This document shows, piece by piece, positions 8,018 through 18,400 of a DNA stretch of 64,000 nucleotides; within the stretch, counting starts at the first letter, position 1; each line of letters starts with the position of its first letter. This stretch comes from Syntrophobacterales bacterium (GTDB taxonomy: Bacteria; Desulfobacterota; Syntrophia; Syntrophales; UBA2192): the NCBI GenBank assembly GCA_018053845.1, contig JAGPKU010000001.1:22252-86251 (forward strand), written 5' to 3'. The translations under genes were made by a program, and so were the position numbers. Under the pieces are notes generated by a model. It saw nothing but the letters and a program-made list of their open reading frames with translations, did no database searches and was not told the origin of the DNA.

Positions 8018-9091
8018 TCACGCGATTTTCAGCCTCCACCCGAATGGATCCTCGGCCATGCCGTACTGGATCTCGAGGATCTGGTTGTAGAACCTCTCCG
8101 TCACGGGCCCCGTCTTGCCGCCATGGATCAGCAGCTCCTTGCCCCGGCAGAAGATCTGGCCCACGGGGGAGACGATGGCCGCCGTGCCGGAGGCGAAGCA
8201 CTCCTGGAGGGTGCCCTTGGCCCCGGCTTCCAGGATCTCGTCGATCGAGAGCGGCCGCTCGGTGACCTTCATGCCGTTTCGCTTCGCAATCTGGATGACC
8301 GAGTCCCGCGTGATGCCCGGCAGGATGCTTCCCCCGAGCGGCGGGGTGATGAGCTCGTCGCCGATGACGAAGAAGATGTTGCTCGTGCCCACCTCCTCGA
8401 CGTACTTGCGCTCGACGGCATCGAGCCACAGCACCTGGGTGTAGCCCTGGGCGGCCGCCTTCTGGCTGGCCATGAGGCTTGCCGCGTAGTTGCCGGCCGC
8501 CTTGCAGTAGCCGATGCCCCCCCGCACGGCGCGCACGTATTCCTCCTCGACCCAGATCTTCGTGGGGCTGAAGCCCTGCGGGTAGTAGGCACCCACGGGC
8601 CCCACGATGACGAAGTAGAGGTACTCGTTGGCCGGGCGCACGCCGAGGGCCGGCTCCGTGGCAAGCATCGTCGGGCGGATGTACATGGAGGTCCCCAGTC
8701 CCCTGGGGATCCAGTCCTTTTCCAGGACGACGAGCTGCTTGAGCGCCTCGAGGGCGAGCGTCTCGTCGAGGGCGGGCATGCAGAGCCTGACGGCCGACGC
8801 GTTCATCCGCCGGATGTTCTCCCAGGGTCGGAACAGGTACACGGACCCGTCGGCGCCGCGGTAGGCCTTCAGGCCCTCGAAGATCAGCTGACCGTAGTGG
8901 AGGCTCATGGCCGCCGGGTCCAGCTGAAGGGCACGGTACGGCTCGATCTGCGGGTCGAACCAGCCCCGGCCCGTCCTGTACTGCATCGTGAAGAAATGAT
9001 CGGTGAACAGCTGCCCGAACCCCAGCTTCGACTCGTCCGTCGGCTTCGGTTTCATCCTGTCCGCGGGAACCCTCGTGACTTTGATTTCCAT
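8018..9091 (-). CDS. ilvE: Branched-chain amino acid aminotransferase
   Basis: Starts MEIKVTRV at 9091, with aggaaagaggagg upstream. Motifs: FDPQIEPY..L.LDPAAMSLHYGQLIFEGLKAY, GIGYCKAAGNYAASL, GSILPGITRDS. This is the class IV, ~357 aa type. Confidence 0.9.
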   Translation of the reverse strand: MEIKVTRVPADRMKPKPTDESKLGFGQLFTDHFFTMQYRTGRGWFDPQIEPYRALQLDPAAMSLHYGQLIFEGLKAYRGADGSVYLFRPWENIRRMNASAVRLCMPALDETLALEALKQLVVLEKDWIPRGLGTSMYIRPTMLATEPALGVRPANEYLYFVIVGPVGAYYPQGFSPTKIWVEEEYVRAVRGGIGYCKAAGNYAASLMASQKAAAQGYTQVLWLDAVERKYVEEVGTSNIFFVIGDELITPPLGGSILPGITRDSVIQIAKRNGMKVTERPLSIDEILEAGAKGTLQECFASGTAAIVSPVGQIFCRGKELLIHGGKTGPVTERFYNQILEIQYGMAEDPFGWRLKIA

Positions 9092-9170
9092 GGCTCTCGA
9101 TGCGTCCTCCTCTTTCCTGGAATGTTCCTCCCCCCGAAGTACCAAACCTGCAACAGGCGCGATGTCCTCT

Positions 9171-9199
9171 GCCATACGCCTTTGTGCCCTGTTAGTCAA
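9171..9199 (-). promoter_or_regulatory. Sigma-70-like promoter candidate for ilvE (TTGACT-N17-TATGGC)
   Basis: Read on the minus strand, ~80 nt upstream of ATG 9091. Confidence 0.4.
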
Positions 9200-9340
9200 G
9201 ACCGCCCCGGTGATTTCTTCCGGGCTGATCGAGAATGCCCGGACGCAAGGCACCCTCTCATGCAGAGAGTAAGAGGGTTTGAAGGTGAGAAGGTTGGCGA
9301 AGCGGGAAGCAGGAATCCCGCCACCGACTCATCCAACGTT

Positions 9341-9380
9341 CTTACCCTCTCGCCTTCTTGCCTTCTCTGTCAGCGGGATG
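9341..9380. repeat. 3'-flanking repeat with GTCAGCGGGATG core (copy 1, after pdxS stop)
   Basis: CTTACCCTCTCGCCTTCTTGCCTTCTCTGTCAGCGGGATG. 32 of the last 36 positions are identical to copy 2. Confidence 0.75.
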
Positions 9381-9386
9381 CCCCCG

Positions 9387-10271
9387 TCAATTCCCGCGGT
9401 ACTGCAGCAGGTTGTCCTTGCCGATCTTCGAGATCTCCAGGCCCTTCATGGGCTCGCCCAGCGATTTGGACACCTCGGCCAGGATCTCGGGGTTCTTGTA
9501 GTGCGTCACGGCCTTGACGATGGCTGCGGCGCGCCTGGCCGGGTCCTTGGACTTGAAGATCCCGGAGCCCACGAAGACGCCGTCGGCGCCGAGCTGCATC
9601 ATCAGGGCCGCATCGGCCGGGGTGGCGATCCCGCCCGCCGAGAAGTTCACCACGGGGAGCTTGCGGTCCTTCGCAACGAGCCGCACGAGCTCATAGGGCG
9701 CCCCGAGGTTCTTGGCCTCCGTCATGAGCTCCTCCTCGGGCAGCACGGAGAGCCGGGCGATCTCGTCGTGGATCGTCCGCATGTGCCGGACGGCCTCGAT
9801 CACGTTGCCCGTGCCGGCCTCGCCCTTGGTCCGGATCATGGCGGCCCCCTCGCCGAGACGCCGCAGGGCCTCGCCCAGGTTCGTGGCGCCGCAGACGAAG
9901 GGGACCTTGAAGTTCCACTTGTTGATGTGGTGCTTCTCGTCAGCCGGCGTGAGCACCTCGCTCTCGTCGATGTAGTCGATGCCGAGGGCCTCCAGGATCT
10001 GGGCCTCCACGAAGTGGCCGATGCGGCACTTGGCCATGACGGGGATCGTGACGGCCTTCATGATGCCCTCGATGATCGCGGGGTCGGTCATGCGGGCCAC
10101 GCCGCCCTCGGCCCGGATGTCGGCGGGCACCCGCTCCAGGGCCATGACGGAGACGGCGCCGGCGTCCTCGGCGATCTTCGCCTGGTCCGCCGTGGTCACG
10201 TCCATGATCACGCCGCCCTTGAGCATCTCGGCCAGGCCGGCTTTCACGGTTAGGGTTCCAAACTTTTCCAT
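9387..10271 (-). CDS. pdxS: Pyridoxal 5'-phosphate synthase lyase subunit PdxS
   Basis: From start MEKFGT at 10271: [42 protein letters not shown]...[28 protein letters not shown]. Confidence 0.95.
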   Translation of the reverse strand: MEKFGTLTVKAGLAEMLKGGVIMDVTTADQAKIAEDAGAVSVMALERVPADIRAEGGVARMTDPAIIEGIMKAVTIPVMAKCRIGHFVEAQILEALGIDYIDESEVLTPADEKHHINKWNFKVPFVCGATNLGEALRRLGEGAAMIRTKGEAGTGNVIEAVRHMRTIHDEIARLSVLPEEELMTEAKNLGAPYELVRLVAKDRKLPVVNFSAGGIATPADAALMMQLGADGVFVGSGIFKSKDPARRAAAIVKAVTHYKNPEILAEVSKSLGEPMKGLEISKIGKDNLLQYRGN

Positions 10272-10401
10272 GTAACTCTGTTCCTCCTTGATCAGCGTGC
10301 CCCCTTCTTTATCGGGAGACGACGGTTTTTCTCGAATCACGATTATCGTCTGTGCAGACCGTGCAGTTTCCCAAAGACTGTTCAAACCTTCCCGGATGCA
10401 A

Positions 10402-10441
10402 GGCGCCCTCTCACCTGCTTCCCTTCTCCGTCAGCGGGATG
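10402..10441. repeat. 3'-flanking repeat with GTCAGCGGGATG core (copy 2, after comM stop)
   Basis: GGCGCCCTCTCACCTGCTTCCCTTCTCCGTCAGCGGGATG. Confidence 0.75.
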
Positions 10442-10461
10442 CGCCCCCGGTCGACAGTCCG

Positions 10462-12015
10462 TCACACTGCGGAGCGGTCCAACGCCCTGTACTGGATCGC
10501 CTCGCTGACGTGCTGCGGGCCGATGTCGGCCTCGCCGTCGAGGTCGGCGATGGTCCGCGCCACCTTGAGCACGCGCGTGTAGGCCCGCGCCGAGAGCCCC
10601 AGCCGCTCCACGGCCATCTCCATGAGCCTCTGCGACTCCTCGTCCAGCAGGCAGTACTCGCGGATCTGCCGTCCCGACATCCGCGCGTTGAGCCGGTTGG
10701 GGCCGCCGTCGAACCGCTGCTGCTGGATCTCACGGGCCTTCTGCACCCGCCGGCGCACGGCCGCCGACGATTCCGCGCGCCCGGTCGCCGCCAGCTCCCG
10801 GTAGGGAAGCGACGGCACCTCCACGTGGATGTCGATCCGGTCCAGCAGGGGCCCCGACACCCTGGCGCGGTACTGCCGGATCTGCTGGGCGCTGCAGCGG
10901 CAGCTCCTCCGCGCATCGGCCAGGTACCCGCAGGGGCAGGGGTTCATGGCCGCCACGAGCATGAACTTCGCCGGGTAGGTCGCCGTGACCGCCGAGCGCG
11001 TGATCGTCACCTGCCCGTCTTCGAGGGGCTGCCGGAGCACCTCGAGGACGTTGCGCCTGAACTCGGGCAGCTCGTCAAGGAACAGCACCCCGTTGTGCGC
11101 CAGGCTGATCTCCCCCGGCTTCGGCATGTGGCCGCCCCCCACGAGCCCCGCGTCGGAGATCGTGTGGTGCGGCGCCCGGAAGGGCCTCGCCGCCACGATC
11201 GCCTCGCGCCGGTCGAGAAGCCCCGCCACGGAGTAGATCCTCGTCGTCTCGAGGGCCTCCTCGAAGGAGAGCTCGGGCAGGATCGTCGGGATCCGCTGCG
11301 CGAGCATCGTCTTGCCCGACCCCGGGGGCCCCGTCATCAGGATGTTGTGGCCGCCGGCCGCGGAGACCTCCATGGCGCGTCGGGCCTGTTCCTGGCCCTG
11401 GATCTCGCCGAAGTCGACGGGGTAGCTGACCGCCGAAGCACAGGCCGCCTCGGCCCTGCAGGCCACGGCGGGGATGTCCTTCGCACCGTTGAGGAAGTCC
11501 GCCAGGTCGCTCAGGTACGCCACGGGGATGACCTCGAGCCCCTGGACGAGGGCCGCCTCGCCCGCGTTTTCCGCGGGAACGACGAGGCCCTTGACGCGGT
11601 GCGCGCGGGCCATGAAGGCCGAGGGCAACACCCCCTGCACGCCCTTCACCCGGCCGTCGAGGGAAAGCTCGCCCATGACCACGTAGTCCCTCAGCCGGTC
11701 GCGCCCGACGAGGCCCTCGGCCGCCAGGATCCCCAGGGCGATGGGCAGGTCGAACCCGGTTCCTTCCTTCCGGATGTCCGCCGGGGCGAGATTCACGGTC
11801 ACCCGGTTCTCGGGGAAGCGGTACCCGGAGTTCTTCATGGCCGCCTTGATGCGGTCCCTGCTCTCCTTGACGGCCGCATCGGGAAGGCCCACCGTCGAGA
11901 ACTGGGGAAGGCCCGTCGAGATGTCCACTTCCACGTCGACGGGAAACGAGTCGATACCGACCACAGTGCTGCTCAGGACCTTGACGATCAAGACGGACAA
12001 CCCGGAAGCGATCAA
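10462..12015 (-). CDS. comM: YifB/ComM family Mg-chelatase-like AAA ATPase
   Basis: [43 protein letters not shown], a Walker A motif ([11 protein letters not shown]), FLDELPEF and a C-terminal ChlI-like region. Confidence 0.9.
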   Translation of the reverse strand: MIASGLSVLIVKVLSSTVVGIDSFPVDVEVDISTGLPQFSTVGLPDAAVKESRDRIKAAMKNSGYRFPENRVTVNLAPADIRKEGTGFDLPIALGILAAEGLVGRDRLRDYVVMGELSLDGRVKGVQGVLPSAFMARAHRVKGLVVPAENAGEAALVQGLEVIPVAYLSDLADFLNGAKDIPAVACRAEAACASAVSYPVDFGEIQGQEQARRAMEVSAAGGHNILMTGPPGSGKTMLAQRIPTILPELSFEEALETTRIYSVAGLLDRREAIVAARPFRAPHHTISDAGLVGGGHMPKPGEISLAHNGVLFLDELPEFRRNVLEVLRQPLEDGQVTITRSAVTATYPAKFMLVAAMNPCPCGYLADARRSCRCSAQQIRQYRARVSGPLLDRIDIHVEVPSLPYRELAATGRAESSAAVRRRVQKAREIQQQRFDGGPNRLNARMSGRQIREYCLLDEESQRLMEMAVERLGLSARAYTRVLKVARTIADLDGEADIGPQHVSEAIQYRALDRSAV

Positions 12016-12150
12016 TTTTCCTTATGTTCCACTTGGTTGCGCATATTATAACACGATTTGAAATTTGCAAGCACTTTCGGCTTCCGTTTTCTCGAGGCCT
12101 GATGTATGAAGAGCGCCTCGATAACGCACGGGAAGTTATCGAAACCAGAA

Positions 12151-12283
12151 CAGGTCAAGGTGTCCGGTCACAGGAGACAGGTGAGAGAAAAGACACAATG
12201 GGGGCGATCCTGATGTGTGAGCAGACCAGCCGGGGCAAGCGGATCGTCTTCCGCCTGTTGCCTGTCACCTGATACCTGTTGCC
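12151..12283. repeat. Heptad hairpin element, family A, in the comM/murI divergent spacer
   Basis: CAGGTCAAGGTGTCCGGTCACAGGAGACAGGTGAGAG (12151-12187) faces CCTGTTGCCTGTCACCTGATACCTGTTGCC (12254-12283). It shares CCTGTCACCT with the other family A copies. Confidence 0.8.
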
Positions 12284-12294
12284 CAGCTGAAGAG

Positions 12295-13107
12295 ATGATT
12301 GGATTCTTCGACTCCGGTTTCGGGGGGCTCACGGTGCTCAAGCGCGTCGTCGAGGCCCTGCCGCAGTACGACTACGTCTACCTGGGCGACAATGCCCGCG
12401 CCCCCTACGGCAGCCGCTCCCAGAGCGTGGTCTACCGGTTCACCCTGGAGGCCGTGGAGTACCTTTTCCGGCTCGGCTGCCCCCTCATCATCATCGCCTG
12501 CAACACCGCCTCGGCCAAGGCCCTGAGGCGCATCCAGCAGGAACACCTGCCCGGCGCCTTCCCCGACCGCCGCGTGCTGGGGGTCGTGCGGCCCCTGGCG
12601 GAGGAAGTGGCCGGGAGAACCACCTTCCGCAGGGTCGGCCTGCTGGCCACGGAGGGGGTTGTCGACTCGGGGGCCTATCTCCGGGAGATCGGCAAGCTGG
12701 ACCCCTCGATCCGGGTCTTTCAGAAGGCCTGCCCGCTGCTCGTGCCCATCATCGAGGCGGGGGAGCAGGACTGGGAGGGGGCGGAAATGATCGTGCAAAG
12801 ATACCTCGGGGAGCTCATGGCCGAGGCGGGCTCGATCGACGCGCTGCTGCTGGCCTGCACCCACTACCCGATCCTCCTCGACACGATCCGGCGCCACCTG
12901 CCGGCGCACGTGGAACTGCTCGAGCAGGGCCCCATCGTCGCCGAAAAGCTCGCCGACTACCTGCGGCGCCACCCCGAGATGGAGCGCAGGCTCTCGAGGG
13001 GCGGCACGCAGGAGTTCATCACGACGGACCGCACCGAGCGGTTCGACCGCCTGGCCCGCACGTTTTACGGCAAGCCGATCCGCTCGAGGATCGTTTCGCT
13101 CGGATAG
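12295..13107 (+). CDS. murI: Glutamate racemase
   Basis: ATG at 12295. Motifs: MIGFFDSGFGGLTVL, YLGDNARAPYG, IIACNTAS, LLACTHYP (both catalytic Cys motifs). Confidence 0.9.
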   Translation: MIGFFDSGFGGLTVLKRVVEALPQYDYVYLGDNARAPYGSRSQSVVYRFTLEAVEYLFRLGCPLIIIACNTASAKALRRIQQEHLPGAFPDRRVLGVVRPLAEEVAGRTTFRRVGLLATEGVVDSGAYLREIGKLDPSIRVFQKACPLLVPIIEAGEQDWEGAEMIVQRYLGELMAEAGSIDALLLACTHYPILLDTIRRHLPAHVELLEQGPIVAEKLADYLRRHPEMERRLSRGGTQEFITTDRTERFDRLARTFYGKPIRSRIVSLG

Positions 13108-13227
13108 CCGGCGATGCAGCGCAGGCGGTGCGTTCCCGAACTGTAACGGCGCGGGCTCAAAAATTATCCAATCATCCCGAGTGGTTGCGTCCCCTTCCCG
13201 TGCCGCTGCGGCCCTGCGGCAAGCGCC

Positions 13228-13256
13228 TTGACGGGCCTTTTCTTCTATGCTAGCTT
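13228..13256 (+). promoter_or_regulatory. Sigma-70-like promoter candidate for moaC (TTGACG-N17-TAGCTT)
   Basis: Read on the plus strand, 47 nt upstream of ATG 13303. Confidence 0.4.
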
Positions 13257-13302
13257 ACGCCATTATTTTTTCGGCGGGCAATCCAGCCGTCGCCGGTGGA
13301 GC

Positions 13303-13782
13303 ATGCCGCAGTTCACGCACCTCGACGAAAAAGGCAAGGCCCGGATGGTCGACGTCTCGGAGAAGCGCACGACCCTCCGCGAGGCCGTGGCCCGGGGCAA
13401 AGTCCTCATGAAGCCTCAGACGGCCCGGGCCATCGAGAGCCAGACGATCGCGAAGGGCGACGTGCTGGCCGTCGCGAAGATCGCCGGCGTCATGGCGGCC
13501 AAGAAGACCAGTGATCTCATCCCCCTGTGCCACCCGCTCGAGATCACGGCCGTCGACGTGAGCTTTCGCCCCGATGCCGGCCGGGGTGAAATCGAGATCG
13601 AGGCCTCGGTCCGGACAAGGGGCCGCACGGGCGTGGAAATGGAGGCCCTCACGGCCGTGAGCGCCGCGGCGCTCACCATCTACGACATGTGCAAGGCCGC
13701 GGACCGGGCCATGACCCTTTCGGACATCCGGCTCGTGCTCAAGCGGGGCGGCAAGAGCGGAACCTTCCGGCGAAAGGATTGA
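13303..13782 (+). CDS. moaC: Cyclic pyranopterin monophosphate synthase MoaC
   Basis: ATG at 13303. Motifs: MPQFTHLDEKGKARMVDVSEK, KGDVLAVAKIAGVMAAKKTSDLIPLCHPL, GVEMEALTAVSAAALTIYDMCKA. Confidence 0.9.
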   Translation: MPQFTHLDEKGKARMVDVSEKRTTLREAVARGKVLMKPQTARAIESQTIAKGDVLAVAKIAGVMAAKKTSDLIPLCHPLEITAVDVSFRPDAGRGEIEIEASVRTRGRTGVEMEALTAVSAAALTIYDMCKAADRAMTLSDIRLVLKRGGKSGTFRRKD

Positions 13783-13808
13783 CGGAAACACCCCCGTCGT
13801 TGGAACCC

Positions 13809-14324
13809 ATGTCAACCCGCATCTACACCATCAACAGGGCGCTCGTCCTGCCGCTGGCCCTGAATGCCGTGCTTTTGCTGACGGTGCTCGCCCTGACGGC
13901 CGTCCGGCCCTCGACGGCGGCCGAGAGGGTGCTGCTGGCGGCGGCGCTCGTCCCGATGGCCGTCATCGCCGTGGAGGCGTCCCTGCGCCGGGTCGCCGTG
14001 GGTGACGCGGGGCTCGTGCTGTCGAAATTCTTCAAGCAGCGCTCGTTGCAATGGGCGGACATCACCCACGTGGGCGCCCTGGCGGTGCGCAGGAAGGTCT
14101 ACCTGGTGCTGACCACCACGAAAGGCTTCCACGTCCTGTCCAACGCCTACGGCCGGTTCGGGGACCTCGTCCGCGACGTGCTGGCCCACGTGGAAGCCCA
14201 ACGGGTCGAGGAAGGCGCGCGGGAGATCCTCGAGGCCGCCGGCGAGAACCGCGCGAATCGATTTGCAGCCTGGCTTGCAGCGGTGCTGCTGCTGGTCGTC
14301 GCGGCCATGAAGATCGCAGCCTGA
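13809..14324 (+). CDS. Membrane protein with bacterial PH-like domain (hypothetical)
   Basis: ATG at 13809. Two N-terminal hydrophobic helices and one C-terminal helix. The central segment GDAGLVLSKFFKQRSLQWADITHVGA...KVYLVLTT resembles bPH-type domains. Confidence 0.55.
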   Translation: MSTRIYTINRALVLPLALNAVLLLTVLALTAVRPSTAAERVLLAAALVPMAVIAVEASLRRVAVGDAGLVLSKFFKQRSLQWADITHVGALAVRRKVYLVLTTTKGFHVLSNAYGRFGDLVRDVLAHVEAQRVEEGAREILEAAGENRANRFAAWLAAVLLLVVAAMKIAA

Positions 14325-14373
14325 AGCCGTGTCGGCCCCCGTGCAACCCGCACCGCGCAGCAGAGGAGAGGAC

Positions 14374-14667
14374 ATGAAAGTCACCAAGGCCCCGCCCACC
14401 CGCAGGACGGCATCGACGCTTCCCGGCATCGACGAGATCTTCGAGAAGAAGCTCGAGGAGCTGATCATCGTCCTGTCGGCCGGCCAGGGCGCCAAGAGCC
14501 AGGTGTACGAAGAGGTCCTCGCCCTGGTGGAGCGCGGCCTGATCCGGATCGCCCTGCAGCGCAACAACCATGTCAAGTCCGCGGCCGCTTCGTTTTTGGG
14601 GATCAACCGCAACACCTTCCAGAAGAAGATGGCCGCGCTGGGCGTCCCCTGCAAGAAATCGAAATAG
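14374..14667 (+). CDS. Fis-type helix-turn-helix DNA-binding protein
   Basis: ATG at 14374 after agaggagagga. The C-terminus VERGLIRIALQRNNHVKSAAASFLGINRNTFQKKM matches the Fis/NtrC-type HTH (...N.s.AA..LGI.R.TL..K...). Confidence 0.7.
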   Translation: MKVTKAPPTRRTASTLPGIDEIFEKKLEELIIVLSAGQGAKSQVYEEVLALVERGLIRIALQRNNHVKSAAASFLGINRNTFQKKMAALGVPCKKSK

Positions 14668-14813
14668 GAATCGTCGGGTCCCATGCCATCCGTCCACACG
14701 ATCAGCACTCCGCGTTCTCTCTGCCCCTCTGCATCCGACCAGAAAGCCGGGCCCACCGGCGCCGGGGGTGTCCCCCCGGCGGGCGGCGGCCCGCGCCAAG
14801 AGGGAACCGCCCC

Positions 14814-15392
14814 ATGAAGGTCGGCGTGCTCGCCCTGCAAGGGGCTTTCCGCGAACATGTCCGGATGCTGCGGGCTCTGGGCGTCGAGGCCGTCGAGATC
14901 CGCCTGCCCGCCGGTCTCGACGAGGTCGACGGGCTGATCCTCCCGGGCGGCGAGAGCACGACGATGCGCAAGCTGATGGCCGAGTACGGGCTGGTCGGCC
15001 CCATCCGGGAATTCGCGGCATCGGGGAAACCCGTGTTCGGCACCTGCGCCGGCCTCATCGTCATGGCCGACCGTCTCAGCGGCCGCAGGCAGGAGCTGCT
15101 GAACCTGATCGACATCGACGTGGAACGAAACGCCTACGGCCGCCAGGTCGACAGCCGGGAGGCGGACATATCCGGCGATGCCCTCGGGCCCGAGCCCTTT
15201 CACGCCGTGTTCATCCGCGCCCCGCAGATCCTGAGCACGGGGCCCGGGGTGGAGCCGCTGGCGCGTTACCGGGGCCAGGTCGTGCTGGCCCGGCAGAAGA
15301 ACATCCTGGTGGCGACCTTCCACCCCGAATTGACGGGCGACACCCGGATCCACGAGCTTTTTTTGCGGATGCTCGACCGCAAGGCACGATAA
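14814..15392 (+). CDS. pdxT: Pyridoxal 5'-phosphate synthase glutaminase subunit PdxT
   Basis: MKVGVLALQGAFREH, LILPGGESTT, GTCAGLI (catalytic Cys), ATFHPELT. Confidence 0.92.
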   Translation: MKVGVLALQGAFREHVRMLRALGVEAVEIRLPAGLDEVDGLILPGGESTTMRKLMAEYGLVGPIREFAASGKPVFGTCAGLIVMADRLSGRRQELLNLIDIDVERNAYGRQVDSREADISGDALGPEPFHAVFIRAPQILSTGPGVEPLARYRGQVVLARQKNILVATFHPELTGDTRIHELFLRMLDRKAR

Positions 15393-15490
15393 TTGAAGGA
15401 TTTCAGGGATTGAGCGCACCCGCTGAGGGTGCGCCCGAGGCTGCCGCCGAAGGGGCATCCCCCGAGGCGGACGGGATCCGACAGGAAACG

Positions 15491-18400
15491 ATGACCGTAC
15501 GAACCCTCTTGAAGACGCTCCTTTCCCCTCTCGCGCGGTGGCATCTCTGTGTCGGCCGCTCGCCCCGAAAGGCGCCCCCGCACTCGATCATCCTCTTCCC
15601 GGCGGACGAGACGCGGCTGTGCTGCGGCATCGCGGGCATCCTCGCCGTCAAGGGCGCCCCTGCGCCGGCCGCCGTCGACGCCGGCTCGAATCTCGCGCGG
15701 TGTTTCGCCGAGATCCGCCGGGCTCCCCTGTCGCAGGTGATCGCCGGCAGGACCCGCCCCGAGGGCTATCTCTCCGGCGAGTCCCCCCTGCGGGAAGCCG
15801 AGCGGGACCTGCTGCTGTTGAAACAGGAGACCCCTTTCCGGACGCTCTTTTTCGATCCCGGCAAGACCTCGGCGCTTCGCGCCCTCGTCTCGGAGACGGC
15901 GGCATTCCTCGCCGCGGAGGAAAGCCTGCTGGAGGCCGAAGCCGGACGCTTCACGACGGCGCAGATGGAGACCATCACGAGCCGCCTGATCCTCCTGAAA
16001 GACATTCTCTGGGGCCTCGAAAAGGACCTGCTCGCCAACATCGAGAAGATCCTGCACCTGGCCGCCGCCGAGCGCGTCGAAGAAATCACCCCCGAGAGCT
16101 TCGTCAAATTCGCCCGGGTCAATGTCCTGCTCAACGCCATCGACCGGCTGGAGGTCAGGGGGCGGGACTCGGCGGGCCTCCAGGTCTCGCTCACGATCAG
16201 AGACCGCGAAACCCTGGGCCGGATCATCGAGGAGATCCGGCGACAGGGGCTTCACGACGAGTTCCGGCGGCGCTCCGTCGAACGCGATCTGATGAACGGG
16301 ACCATCCTCGTGGCCGACCACGTCCACGCCGACGGGGGCATCTGGCTCTCCTTCGTCTACAAGACGGCCTCCATCATCGGCAAGCTCGGCGAGAACGTCT
16401 GCAGGCTCCGCGAGGCGATCCGGGCGGACCGGGTTTTCCATGCCTTCGCCCGGGAGGCCGCGATTTCGGAGTCGGTCTTCGCCCACACGCGCTGGGCCTC
16501 CGTGGGCTCCATCACCGAGGCGAACTGCCACCCCATCAGCGGCTACAGCCTCTGCGCACCGGGCTCCGACGGGCAGATCCCCCCGGCGGGCCTCTGCTCG
16601 ATCCCCGAACCGATCGCGGAGAAACTCGCCGACGGGAGTCCCCCGGGGACGAAGTTCTACCCCGCCTACGGGCCGGGCTGCTGGACGCTGAGCGTGGTCC
16701 TCAACGGCGACATCGACAACTACCCGATGCTGCGGTCCCTGCTCGAGTCGGCCTACGGCTATGCGATCGACCCCGAAGTCACCTCGGACACGAAGATCAT
16801 CCCCCTGCAGGTCGAGCGCCATCTCAAGGCCGGAGCGACCCTCGAGGAGGCCTTCCGGCTGGCCGCAAACGACTTCGAGGGCTCCCACGCCATCGCGCTG
16901 GTGAGCAATCTGGAGCCGGGAAAGATCTTCCTCGCCCTCAAGGGGAGCGGTCAGGCGATCTTCGTGGGCCTGCGCGAGGACCAGTACCTCTTCGCCTCCG
17001 AGCTCTACGGCATCGTGGAGGGAACGTCGCGCTTCATCAAGATGGACGGCGAGAAACCCCGCGACCCCGACAACCCCGACTCCTCCGGCCAGATCTTCGT
17101 GCTCGACCAGCACTCGGCCGGAGGGCTCGAGGGCATCCGGGCCCTCACCTACGACGGGCACCCCGTGAGGCTCACGGAGTCCATGATCCAGAAGGCCGAG
17201 ATCACCACCCGCGACATCGACCGGGGGCCCTTCCCCCATTTCTTCCTCAAGGAGATCACCGAATCGGCCCAGTCGGTCCGCAAGACCCTGCGCGGAAAGT
17301 ACCGCATCGAGCCGAAGAAGGACGGCAAGAAGAGGGTCCGCTTCAACCTCGGCCGGGACATCCTGCCGGAGAGCTTCGTGAAGAACCTCAAGTCGAAAAG
17401 GATCCGCCAGGTCTTCGTCATCGGCCAGGGCACGGCCGCCGTGGCCGGCCAGGCCATCGCCGACGGCCTCGCCCTGTACCTCAAGGGCGCGTCCGTCAAC
17501 ATCCTGGCGAAGAAGGCCACGGAGATGAGCGGGTTCTTCCTCTGCGAGGACCTTTCGGACACGCTCGTCATCGCCGTGACCCAGTCGGGCACGACGACGG
17601 ACACGAACCGCGCCGTGGCCATGGCCGCCGAGCGGGGCGCCACGATCCTCTCCATCGTCAACCGCCGCCAGTCCGACATCACGACGAAGTCCCACGGCGT
17701 CTTCTACACGAGCGACGGCCGCGACATCGAGATGTCCGTGGCCTCCACGAAGGCATTTTACTCGCAGATCGTGGCGGGGTACGTGCTGGCGCTGGCCTTC
17801 GCCCAGATCCTGAAGACCCGGTCCGACGAGTTCATCGCCGGGGAGCTTGCGACCCTCGAGACGACCCCCGGCCTCATGCGACAGGTGCTGGAGAAGAGGG
17901 ACGAGATCCGCCGCTCGGCCGAACAGACGGCCCGGCAGAAGAAATACTGGGCCGTCGTGGGAAGCGGCCCCAACAAGGTCTCGGCCGACGAGATCCGGAT
18001 CAAGCTCTCGGAGCTGTGCTACAAGACGATCTCGTCGGACGTCATCGAGGACAAGAAGCACATCGACCTCTCCTCGGAGCCCCTCATCCTCGTCTGCGCC
18101 GCCGGCAACCCCGAGACCGTGGCGGGCGACGTGGTCAAGGACACGGCCATCTTCAAGGCCCACAAGGCCTCCGTCGTCGTCTTCGCCGAGGAGGGAGAGA
18201 CGCGCTTCGACCGCATCGCCGACTCCGTGATCCGCGTCCCGAGGGCGCCCATGCCGCTGCCGGTCATCCTGAACACGCTGGCCGGGCACCTCTGGGGATA
18301 CTACGCCGCCTCCGCGATCGACGACGATGCGGCCTTCTTCCGCGGCTTCCGCAACGAGCTGAGCCTCGCCGTCGTCGAGCAGGACCGGAAGCACTACACC

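Noticed and set aside
12199-12273. 24-codon ORF (MGAILMCEQTSRGKRIVFRLLPVT) in the loop of the family A element
   Set aside because: It has no convincing RBS spacing, ends inside the repeat arm, and has unremarkable composition. It is most likely fortuitous.
13108-13302. Possible Moco riboswitch upstream of moaC
   Set aside because: I could not recognise the conserved Moco-RNA core elements. The leader from the candidate promoter would be only ~40 nt, too short for that riboswitch.
14570-15490. N-terminal 307 codons of ORF 14570..19303
   Set aside because: This stretch overlaps the well-supported pdxT gene in another frame and has Pro/Arg-rich junk composition. The GlmS-like gene most plausibly starts at ATG 15491.
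15393-15490. Possible glmS ribozyme upstream of the GlmS-like gene
   Set aside because: The 98-nt spacer is too short for the ribozyme core and shows no recognisable core. That ribozyme is essentially restricted to Gram-positive lineages. An Infernal scan would settle it.
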